Below, one piece after another: positions 27,606-34,977 of a stretch of DNA of 52,969 bases (positions within the stretch are counted from its first letter, which is position 1; each line of letters opens with the position of its first letter). The translations under genes were made by a program, and so were the position numbers. Below the pieces are notes generated by a model. The model saw nothing but the letters and a program-made list of their open reading frames with translations. It did no database searches and was not told the DNA's origin. Origin of the DNA: a virus. Its lineage: Duplodnaviria; Caudoviricetes. The DNA lies in IMG/VR virus record IMGVR_UViG_3300025098_000066, positions 1 through 52,969 of that record. One strand, written 5' to 3'.

Positions 27606-28313
27606 ATGAAACTACTCAACACAAATGCCAGTAATACCAAAATTCTGAAAACCCAAACGGGTACAGATTACTTGATTGCTAGCCTATCCCTAATGCCAAA
27701 CGCTATAATATGCCCCGCAAGGGATATTGCGCAGTGTTCTGTTGATTGCCTGGTATCGGCGGGACGGGGTCAAATGAATTCTGTTGCTAGGGCCAGACAA
27801 TCAAAATCGGATTTATGGAGGGATGATCAAGCGCAATTCCTGGAAACCCTCAAAAAGGAAATTGCCGCATTCATTCGTAAATGTGAAAAGCAACAAAAAC
27901 GGGCGGCATTCCGACTCAATACAATTTCGGATATCGCCTGGGAAAAGTACGGGATTCCGCAAATGTTTCCCCAGGCTTTATTTTACGACTACACAAAACT
28001 TGCCGCCCGATTAGGCAGAACCCCCGAAAACTATAAATTGATGTTTTCATATAGTGCCGCCCCGGCATATCAAAACCAGGTAAACAAAGCCCTAAAAACT
28101 AGCGCCCCGATATCGGCGGTATTTAGGGGGGGCATGCCAAAAACCTTTTTAAATAGAATTGTGATTGATGGGGACAAATCAGATTTAATCAATTTAAATT
28201 CTGGCCCCGTTATTGTGGGGCTGAAATTAAAGGGGGGGAAAGCAATCCAGGCAAGTAAGAGTCCCTTTATTATAGACAACCCCGAAACCTTAGAATTTCA
28301 GGGGGCGGCATAA
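27606..28313 (+). CDS. Gene product 88-like protein (radical-SAM-like Cys motif)
   Basis: ICPARDIAQCSVDC, FRLNTISD, FYDYTK. Confidence 0.6.
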   Translation: MKLLNTNASNTKILKTQTGTDYLIASLSLMPNAIICPARDIAQCSVDCLVSAGRGQMNSVARARQSKSDLWRDDQAQFLETLKKEIAAFIRKCEKQQKRAAFRLNTISDIAWEKYGIPQMFPQALFYDYTKLAARLGRTPENYKLMFSYSAAPAYQNQVNKALKTSAPISAVFRGGMPKTFLNRIVIDGDKSDLINLNSGPVIVGLKLKGGKAIQASKSPFIIDNPETLEFQGAA

Positions 28314-28387
28314 TGCCTAGCGCCCTCTATTATATCGTCGGTTTTGCGGTGGTTTGGTTTTGGGTGGGTTCAATTGTTTTTGGGTAG
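28313..28387 (+). CDS. 24-aa hydrophobic micropeptide
   Basis: TAATG-coupled; MPSALYYIVGFAVVWFWVGSIVFG. Confidence 0.5.
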   Translation: MPSALYYIVGFAVVWFWVGSIVFG

Positions 28388-28487
28388 CACCTAATAAAAA
28401 CCCTTTACTAAGTTACGAATCATGGTTATCAATTAAGGGGCGGGGCTTACACCTTGCCCCTAACTAGCTAAACAAAGGACCAAACAA

Positions 28488-28901
28488 ATGACACATGAAA
28501 CATTAACTAACCCGTTTTTCGTTGCAGCTTATCTTTTTGTTATCATCGCAACTGCAGCATTGCTTGCATATGTCACGATCTATTTGCAGGACCGCCACAC
28601 GCAAAAAAAGCTTGATCAAATATCTGAAGAATCCGCCGCATGCATTGCCGCCGATAAAAAGAAACATTCCGATTTTATGGACCGTATTCATAAGATTGAA
28701 AATTGCGATTGGAATCGCCTGGACTTGCTAACAGATGCAACCAAAGCATACCGCCTAGCCCTTAACGCAAAATATGGCGAAGATAGTGAAAGACTCTGCA
28801 ATAAAATGGATCGGCTAACAGAGCAATTCGCCCGGATCAATAAAATTGATATGCCATTAGCAGAACGCATTCGGGATTCACATCACTTTGTACCTGCCTA
28901 G
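28488..28901 (+). CDS. Membrane-anchored early protein
   Basis: N-terminal TM helix; leader repeat upstream. Confidence 0.7.
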   Translation: MTHETLTNPFFVAAYLFVIIATAALLAYVTIYLQDRHTQKKLDQISEESAACIAADKKKHSDFMDRIHKIENCDWNRLDLLTDATKAYRLALNAKYGEDSERLCNKMDRLTEQFARINKIDMPLAERIRDSHHFVPA

Positions 28902-28989
28902 GCTCTAACCCTTAGCCCCCCTCAATTCCTGGGGGGCATTGGGTTGCAGCTTATTGCAACAAAAACCTAGCTAAACAAAGGACCACAAA

Positions 28990-29850
28990 ATGCCATTTGA
29001 TTTAATTCACACAATACAAAACGACCAAACCGCCCTCACATTTGAGGACATAGCCAAAACATGCCCGGCGGCATTTACTAAAACGGCAAGCCCTAATACC
29101 TCGAGTCGATATGGTTTTGTTGATACGGAATCCGCAATCAATATTCTTGCTGACTATGGGTTTGTTCCTACTAAGGCAATTCAAAAACCTAGCAGAACCC
29201 CGGCAATGACTCCCTATCAAGAGCATATGATAAGCTTTGCACGTCCTGCCGAATTCGGGAAAAAGGATCAAAAAAACCTGGTACTGTTTAACAGCCATAA
29301 TAAACGCTCGAGTCTGCGATTGATGACGGGCAATTTTAGGGCGGTTTGTAGCAATCAATTGATCAAAGAAGGGGAAGGGTTTGACGCTAAGTTGCGCCAT
29401 TCCAAAGTGACCGCAAGGGAATTTGAAAACCTTTTGACTCACCAGGTCCAGAACCTGGACTCCATGATGGAGTCTATTGAGACAATGCGGAGTCGTAACC
29501 TATCATCAAACGATTGCTTAGACTTTGCATATGACGCCCTCAAAATGCGCTGGGATATGGTAGCAACCCCCCAGGAATTGGAAGGGACCGAAAACGGGAT
29601 AAGAGCCACAACGTGGGAAACAATGCAGCAAGCCCTAAAGGTTCGCCGCCTAGGGGATGGGGGAAATGACTGCTACACTGTATTCAATAGGTTGCAAGAG
29701 TCGGTGCTGCGGGGGGGTGTTCAGGTCTATTCTAAAACCAAAGCAAAACCGATTTGGACTAAACGCAAAGCAAAAGCAATCACAAGCCTAACCGAAAACG
29801 TGCGCCTGAATGCGGGGTTGTTTGGCATGGCGGAAAGCTTTGCAGCGTGA
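28990..29850 (+). CDS. DUF932-family protein
   Basis: SSRYGFVDT, LFNSH, GNFRAVCSN, VRRLGD, YTVFNRLQE. Confidence 0.8.
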   Translation: MPFDLIHTIQNDQTALTFEDIAKTCPAAFTKTASPNTSSRYGFVDTESAINILADYGFVPTKAIQKPSRTPAMTPYQEHMISFARPAEFGKKDQKNLVLFNSHNKRSSLRLMTGNFRAVCSNQLIKEGEGFDAKLRHSKVTAREFENLLTHQVQNLDSMMESIETMRSRNLSSNDCLDFAYDALKMRWDMVATPQELEGTENGIRATTWETMQQALKVRRLGDGGNDCYTVFNRLQESVLRGGVQVYSKTKAKPIWTKRKAKAITSLTENVRLNAGLFGMAESFAA

Positions 29851-29933
29851 AAGGTTTTATAGGCGACCTGGTGGGGGCTTTATCCTTATTTGGTATTTTA
29901 TACCTAATACAATTCGCCCCCTTTCTATTCTGA
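29847..29933 (+). CDS. 28-aa hydrophobic micropeptide
   Basis: GTGA-coupled; MKGFIGDLVGALSLFGILYLIQFAPFLF. Confidence 0.5.
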   Translation: MKGFIGDLVGALSLFGILYLIQFAPFLF

Positions 29934-29993
29934 AACAATGCGCCCCCTGGATTGCCTGGGGGGCTTACTAGCTAAACAAAAGGACCAAACAAA

Positions 29994-30191
29994 ATGAAAA
30001 GCGTAACCCTAAAACCAAACGGCATAATGAAAACCACGAACACAAGCGGTCAAGCTAAATCCAAAAAATTCGGGGCAATGGGAAAGAAAGCCCCCCGGAT
30101 CATCACCCACGATTTAACCGTAGTTAATACCAGCAAGCCAAAAACTAAACGGTTAAACAAAAAACCAAAAGCATTGCGGGGGCGGGTGTAA
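29994..30191 (+). CDS. Basic early protein
   Basis: Leader repeat upstream; K-rich. Confidence 0.7.
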   Translation: MKSVTLKPNGIMKTTNTSGQAKSKKFGAMGKKAPRIITHDLTVVNTSKPKTKRLNKKPKALRGRV

Positions 30192-30412
30192 TGTTTGAAC
30201 AAATAAAAAACGTATTAGAGGAAACTAGGGTTAACTCTATCGACAACACCGACCTAATAGCGAAAACCTGTTTTAAGTTAGGGGCCGGGTTTTTTGAACG
30301 CTATGGGGTTTACGAGGCCCCGGATGCTATCAATATAATTGCAGGGACTCTATATAATCAGGCCCCGCATTTAGACCATAATTTAGAGCAAGGGGAGTCA
30401 GCCGATGTTTAA
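30191..30412 (+). CDS. Hypothetical early protein
   Basis: TAATG-coupled. Confidence 0.65.
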   Translation: MFEQIKNVLEETRVNSIDNTDLIAKTCFKLGAGFFERYGVYEAPDAINIIAGTLYNQAPHLDHNLEQGESADV

Positions 30413-30593
30413 AATATGGTTTCGGGATGGTTCAAAGGTTGCAGATACTTCAGGCGGTTTAAATTATATCGACCCGCAAGAGTTGCCAAGCTTTGCGGAA
30501 AGATACGATTTTAATTTAACCGAATTGCTGCAAACTGGTGCAACCCAAATGATAGACCAGGGGGAAACTATTGGCGGGGTTTTTAAGGTATAA
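30405..30593 (+). CDS. Hypothetical early protein
   Basis: GGAG SD; overlaps upstream gene. Confidence 0.65.
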   Translation: MFKIWFRDGSKVADTSGGLNYIDPQELPSFAERYDFNLTELLQTGATQMIDQGETIGGVFKV

Positions 30594-30658
30594 AACCAAA
30601 CCCCTCAAAGCCCCAGGAATTGCCCCCCCATTGAAGGGGGCTTTTCTATGTCCTGGGG

Positions 30659-30757
30659 TTGCTTCCCCTGGGGCGTTATCCCTTAAGGGGACAAAGTGCT
30701 ATAATATATAGGAACCCGTCCCCTTAACGATATTGCTTCCCCTGGGGCGTTATCCCT
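30659..30757. repeat. 25-bp direct repeat flanking a 10-bp inverted repeat
   Basis: TTGCTTCCCCTGGGGCGTTATCCCT at 30659 and 30733; TTAAGGGGAC/GTCCCCTTAA at 30683/30718. Confidence 0.9.
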
Positions 30758-31088
30758 GGGGGCTTATGTGGGTATTATGTCCAGGGGATGAGGTTTGATG
30801 GGATCTGATAGGGGGAAAGGTACGGGATATTGTACACCGCCAAGCCCTTCCCGCCGCCCTTTAAAAATTATCAACAGAATTCCGGGGCGTTTTTCTGGTG
30901 CATTTTCCCAGGGCTTTAAACCTTCGACCAATTCCCGCAATCAATTGAAAGTTTATCCCCTTATTATTGCTTATTTTTTCCCTTTGAAACTATGACCTAA
31001 AAGGTTGCAGCATGATAAATCCCTACTAAATACCAGGGCAATTTATTGTTATCTATATATTTTATTTGTTAGGTTTTATTTTCTTTGA

Positions 31089-31150
31089 GGGGGGCGAGTG
31101 CCAGGGGGGGGTGTACCCGTACCGTATACAAACCCTACCTATTTTCAGGA
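31089..31150. other. Possible packaging/terminus region
   Basis: G-runs (G6, G9) then GTATACA in a gene-free gap at the boundary of the compositional island. Confidence 0.35.
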
Positions 31151-31261
31151 AATCATAACCGTAAACAGGCCCAGTATTGCGGGTCAGGATTTAAAACCGT
31201 CAACATCGTACAATAGTTTGCAAACTTAGCAACTGTAAATGTAAACTTTGCAAAGTTACTA

Positions 31262-31290
31262 TTGACTCAGTTATGGTACTTAGCTAATAT
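31262..31290 (+). promoter_or_regulatory. Promoter of the pre-terminase gene cluster
   Basis: TTGACT-17bp-TAATAT; GTTATGGT half-site in the spacer. Confidence 0.55.
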
Positions 31291-31331
31291 CCATAATACA
31301 GGGAAACCTGTTATTAATATGTGGATCTCTT

Positions 31332-31646
31332 ATGAGTGAATACAGTGCGGATCTAGCCCTAGAGGTTAGTGCCAATGTGGACATCGATATTGAAGTAGAT
31401 GACCACGGAATATGTTACCTAGTAGCTTTGATTTATGTAGGTGATGAAGAGGAGCCTAATGAGGCTAGGATTGAGCTATCTGGCGTTACAGATACGGTTA
31501 AAGATTTCTTAGTTGATAGTGGCGATTATACTCAGCTTTATGTCGTTGCCCATGAGCTTGTTCGACAAGGGGAGAAGCTACGGGAAGTAGCCCGTAATAT
31601 GGAAGACAGCGTAGCGGCTGTAGAAGATCTATTTGATGTGAACTGA
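31332..31646 (+). CDS. Highly acidic hypothetical protein
   Basis: About 26 D/E vs 6 K/R in 104 aa (hand count). Confidence 0.7.
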   Translation: MSEYSADLALEVSANVDIDIEVDDHGICYLVALIYVGDEEEPNEARIELSGVTDTVKDFLVDSGDYTQLYVVAHELVRQGEKLREVARNMEDSVAAVEDLFDVN

Positions 31647-32080
31647 TGCCGTTTAAGGGTGCTTTAAAAGACGCACATAACCGCAGTCGTATGTGGGTGG
31701 ACGGTAAGTATATATCATTCTCTCATCCACTTCATAAACCTGGTCGTTATAAGAGTTTTAATGACGCTGCATTCTCTAGTTTTGAAAACTTACCTTCTAC
31801 GAAAGAAGGTTACGTTTATGTAATCTCTAATCCTGCTTGGCCCGAATGGGTTAAGGTAGGTATGGCTATTGATGCTAATGATAGGTGCAGTAGCTATCAG
31901 ACTTCTAGCCCTCTTAGGGATTATGTCCTGCATTGTGCGGTATCGTCTGAGGATAGGCGTAAGGATGAATCTATGGCTCATAAGCTTTTAGATGTAATAT
32001 CCTCTGATCGTAGAGGTGAATGGTTTAAGGTATCTGTTGAGAAGGCTACGGACTGCATAGCGGGTATTCGTAATACATAG
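31646..32080 (+). CDS. T5orf172/GIY-YIG-like protein
   Basis: GYVYVISNPAWPEWVKVGMA...R...YQTSSP...E...H...GEWF. Confidence 0.8.
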   Translation: MPFKGALKDAHNRSRMWVDGKYISFSHPLHKPGRYKSFNDAAFSSFENLPSTKEGYVYVISNPAWPEWVKVGMAIDANDRCSSYQTSSPLRDYVLHCAVSSEDRRKDESMAHKLLDVISSDRRGEWFKVSVEKATDCIAGIRNT

Positions 32081-32143
32081 AGGTAACCATAGTTATGGTT
32101 TGGTATAATATAGTTACTAAAACACTTAACTATGGAGAATATT

Positions 32144-32305
32144 ATGAATTATGTGTTTGCCAGCCTTAATGGTATCTTTAAATCTATCCAGAAATCACAA
32201 CAGCAACGAGCTAACTATTGGCTGTTACAGAATATGTCCGACAGGCAATTAAAGGATATGGGTATATATCGTGGTGAGATTCACCATAAAGTATTTAAAC
32301 CATAG
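32144..32305 (+). CDS. DUF1127 (YjiS-like) small protein, 53 aa (not in ORF track)
   Basis: LQNMSDRQLKDMGIYRGEI; GGAG SD; TGGTATAAT promoter at 32101-32109. Confidence 0.8.
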   Translation: MNYVFASLNGIFKSIQKSQQQRANYWLLQNMSDRQLKDMGIYRGEIHHKVFKP

Positions 32306-32472
32306 GTATGTTATATATATACCGGGGGGCGTAACTACTTTAGTATACCAAGATTTTCAGACTTGTCTACCCTAAAAACATACCATAGCTAATTTATTTG
32401 TTATGGTCTTGACTATAGGTTCTAACTAATGTTACAATACAAGCATTGGGTTAGTTCCTAGTAAGGAAACCC

Positions 32473-32709
32473 TTGGTAAACCTCATATACATCCGTGCCG
32501 CCATTCTTCAAGCCACAGGCAAGAAGCTTAGTCTAGAGCAGGTCAGAGATTATCTCCTATCTGAGGGATTAATCTCTACCCGCCAGGCCCAGGATGAAAA
32601 CCTTATATTTCGTGGTTACGACGAATTCTTTGGTTTTGATGAAGCTTCAACAACAGTTGAGCAAGCAGATCATTACGTTGATAGGGAAAAGAAACATGAA
32701 GATGACTAA
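32473..32709 (+). CDS. Hypothetical protein, possibly DNA-binding
   Basis: TTG start with AAGGA SD; promoter TTGACT-18-TACAAT at 32409-32438. Confidence 0.6.
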   Translation: MVNLIYIRAAILQATGKKLSLEQVRDYLLSEGLISTRQAQDENLIFRGYDEFFGFDEASTTVEQADHYVDREKKHEDD

Positions 32710-32839
32710 AGCGAAGTGCGGTGCGTCTAATCCTCCTGCGGGTAAACCTGCGAAGGTTAAGATGATGGGCGGTGGTATGGCGATGAAAAAGAAGCCTGGA
32801 TACAGCTACGGCGGTATGGCTTCTAAAAAGAAGAAATAA
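32696..32839 (+). CDS. Small basic protein with xxxGGM motifs
   Basis: Start reassigned: MKMTKAKCGASNPP...KKKK. Confidence 0.6.
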   Translation: MKMTKAKCGASNPPAGKPAKVKMMGGGMAMKKKPGYSYGGMASKKKK

Positions 32840-33036
32840 TGTTTGTTGGGGTATTACTTCTCTGTATGTCCGTAGTCGATGTTTCGAGTTGCGACGTACA
32901 GATGAAGCCCAATACTTTCTACTCCACTCGAAACGAGTGTGCAGGAGAAATGTTAAAAATTGCTAAATACGCAGCGAATAGACTGCAACTGGTGACCAAG
33001 CCCTACTGTTTTAAATTAGAGGGGCAAAACATCTAG
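32839..33036 (+). CDS. Small secreted/membrane Cys-containing protein
   Basis: Hydrophobic N-terminus, four Cys. Confidence 0.6.
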   Translation: MFVGVLLLCMSVVDVSSCDVQMKPNTFYSTRNECAGEMLKIAKYAANRLQLVTKPYCFKLEGQNI

Positions 33037-33056
33037 CATACTTCGGGGAGGGGGTA

Positions 33057-33512
33057 ATGCTTGCAGAAATTGCGATGGCAAATGCTGCCTTCGGGGTAAT
33101 TAAATCCGCTGTACAGAATGGTAGAGAATTAGCTCAATGCGGTAAATCGATCAGTGACTTTTTAAGCGCAGAAGACAGTCTTAAAGACAAAGCTGAGAGC
33201 GATAAGAAGTCTATATTTAAAAAGGTCATGGGCAAAGATACAGCCGACTTTGAGAGCTTCCTAGCCCTAGATCAGATCAAAGAACAACGCCGCCAGCTTG
33301 AAAGTCATATGCGGCTCTACGGACGCCCTGGATTGTACGATAGCTGGGTAGAATACCAGGGACAGGCTCGTAAAGCACGCAAAGCGGCTGAGAAGCAGCG
33401 CCAGAAGGAAAGAGAAGAGCTTATAGAAGCTATCTCTATTTTCGCCGGGGTTATTCTTATTTTCGGCATGGCGGTAGGCGGCGCTTACCTTTTTTATATT
33501 TATAAGATGTGA
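33057..33512 (+). CDS. Hypothetical membrane protein
   Basis: Coiled coil plus C-terminal TM helix. Confidence 0.7.
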   Translation: MLAEIAMANAAFGVIKSAVQNGRELAQCGKSISDFLSAEDSLKDKAESDKKSIFKKVMGKDTADFESFLALDQIKEQRRQLESHMRLYGRPGLYDSWVEYQGQARKARKAAEKQRQKEREELIEAISIFAGVILIFGMAVGGAYLFYIYKM

Positions 33513-33519
33513 AGTCAGC

Positions 33520-33762
33520 ATGGCAAAGATCGATAAATCTAAGATGAAGTGCAACAAGCCCCGCCGCACACCTGACGGGCCTAAGAAGTTTGTTGTTAAG
33601 GCATGTGAGGGCGGCAAGGAAAAGATCGTCAGGTATGGCGACCCTGATATGAAAATTAAGAAGAGCAACCCTAAACGCCGTAAATCATTCCGTGCCAGAC
33701 ATAAGTGCGACACGGCTAAATCTAAACTAACGGCCCGCTATTGGTCATGTAAGAATTGGTGA
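33520..33762 (+). CDS. Small basic conserved phage protein
   Basis: KKFVVKAC...RRKSFRARHKC...ARYWSC. Confidence 0.75.
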   Translation: MAKIDKSKMKCNKPRRTPDGPKKFVVKACEGGKEKIVRYGDPDMKIKKSNPKRRKSFRARHKCDTAKSKLTARYWSCKNW

Positions 33763-33766
33763 TTTG

Positions 33767-33934
33767 ATGGCTACTAAAAAGAAAAAAGAATTAACTGATC
33801 GCCAGAAAGAAACTCTGAAACGTCATTCCTCGCATCACACCCCAAAGCATATGGCTATGATGCGTAAGCTTATGAAGGATGGAATGAGTTTTACCGCTTC
33901 CCATAAAAAAGCACAAAAAGAAGTGGGTAAATAA
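33767..33934 (+). CDS. Small basic protein, 55 aa (not in ORF track)
   Basis: MATKKKKELTDRQKETLKRHSSHH... Confidence 0.7.
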   Translation: MATKKKKELTDRQKETLKRHSSHHTPKHMAMMRKLMKDGMSFTASHKKAQKEVGK

Positions 33935-34102
33935 ATGGCGGCTAAGAAAAAGAAAACCAAGAAGGATGCCTGTTACGAAAAAGTAACCAGAGCAATGCCA
34001 AAGAACTCTGCATACCGCAGCGGTCACATGGTTCGTTGCCGCAAAGTTGGTGCTAAAAATTACAACATAGGCGGTAAGAAAAGTGGCAGCAAAAAAAAGT
34101 AG
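33935..34102 (+). CDS. Small basic protein, 55 aa (not in ORF track)
   Basis: KDACYEKV...SAYRSGHMVRCRK. Confidence 0.7.
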   Translation: MAAKKKKTKKDACYEKVTRAMPKNSAYRSGHMVRCRKVGAKNYNIGGKKSGSKKK

Positions 34103-34328
34103 CACAGGTAGCGGCCTAAAAAAGTGGTTCGGTCAGAACGGCGGCAAGGGCTGGGTTAACTGCAAGACAGGTGGCCCCTGTGGGCGTAAATCTAAAAAGA
34201 GTGGTGGGTCATACCCTGCCTGTAGGCCCACTATGGCTCAGTGTAAAACTAAGGCAGGTAAAGCAGCCACGGCAAAGAAAACTTCTTCCAAGAAGGTAAA
34301 TTGGAAACCTAAGAGGAAGAAAAAATGA
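34083..34328 (+). CDS. Small basic protein
   Basis: GLKKWF...WVNCKTGGPCGR...YPACRP. Confidence 0.7.
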   Translation: MAAKKSSTGSGLKKWFGQNGGKGWVNCKTGGPCGRKSKKSGGSYPACRPTMAQCKTKAGKAATAKKTSSKKVNWKPKRKKK

Positions 34329-34600
34329 GCGAAGATCGCCTTACCCGAATTGAGGATAAGTTGGACGCACTCTCAAACGCAGTTATCACCCTCGCCCGCA
34401 TGGAAGAGCGTATGATTACTGTTTTTAAGCGTATGGATAATATTGATGACCAACAGAAAGCTCTTTGGGATCGTATCGTTAAGCTAGACCAGCTTACTGC
34501 GTCCAGAGGCCATAAGCTTCAGTTCTTTGAGCGCATTTGGTGGATCGTATTTACAGCGTCCATAGGTGCTGGGTTCGTATATATGAGGACAATGGGATGA
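34325..34600 (+). CDS. Coiled-coil protein with C-terminal TM helix (holin/XhlA-like candidate)
   Basis: RLTRIEDKLD...WWIVFTASIGAGFVY. Confidence 0.5.
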   Translation: MSEDRLTRIEDKLDALSNAVITLARMEERMITVFKRMDNIDDQQKALWDRIVKLDQLTASRGHKLQFFERIWWIVFTASIGAGFVYMRTMG

Positions 34601-34977
34601 GCCGCATAGAGAAAGAATATTCAGAAAAGCAACAAGCTTTCCTAGATTGTCTTATGGGTGAAGCCCAGGGCAATATTCGTACTGCCATGAACATTGCAGG
34701 ATACGCTTCTACTACAAGGCTATCTGACGTGGTTAACCCCCTAAAAGATGAGATTGTAGAACGTGCCTCTCTAATGTTGGCTATGAATGCCCCTAAAGCG
34801 GCGTATGGAATTATTAACGTACTAGAAGACCCTAGTTCCCTGGGCGCACGGAACGCCATTTCAGCGGCACGGGAAGTTTTAGATCGATCTGGTCTGGTCA
34901 AAAAAGAGCAGATAGAAGTAAGCAATACAGGCGGCGGTATGTTCATCCTACCACCGAAACAGGATGTGGCAGAATAA
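34597..34977 (+). CDS. Putative terminase small subunit
   Basis: SEKQQAFLD...GNIRTAMNIAGY HTH; AAREVLDRSG; precedes TerL. Confidence 0.7.
   Translation: MSRIEKEYSEKQQAFLDCLMGEAQGNIRTAMNIAGYASTTRLSDVVNPLKDEIVERASLMLAMNAPKAAYGIINVLEDPSSLGARNAISAAREVLDRSGLVKKEQIEVSNTGGGMFILPPKQDVAE

Larger units (their letters stand above)
27577..29988 (+). repeat. Four copies of the early leader CTAGCTAAAC-A3/4-GGACCA (27577, 28463, 28967, 29964)
   Basis: Each copy ends about 4-5 nt before an ATG and follows a hairpin. Confidence 0.92.

Noticed and set aside
27577-29988. CRISPR array from the leader repeats
   Set aside because: Spacing is 0.5-1 kb with genes in between; no cas operon (the Cas4-like nuclease sits in the replication module)
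30795-30995. 66-aa ORF
   Set aside because: No convincing RBS or leader; low-complexity DNA, likely non-coding
33791-34105. 104-aa hydrophobic minus-strand ORF
   Set aside because: Shadow of two Lys-rich + strand genes (AAA codons read as Phe)
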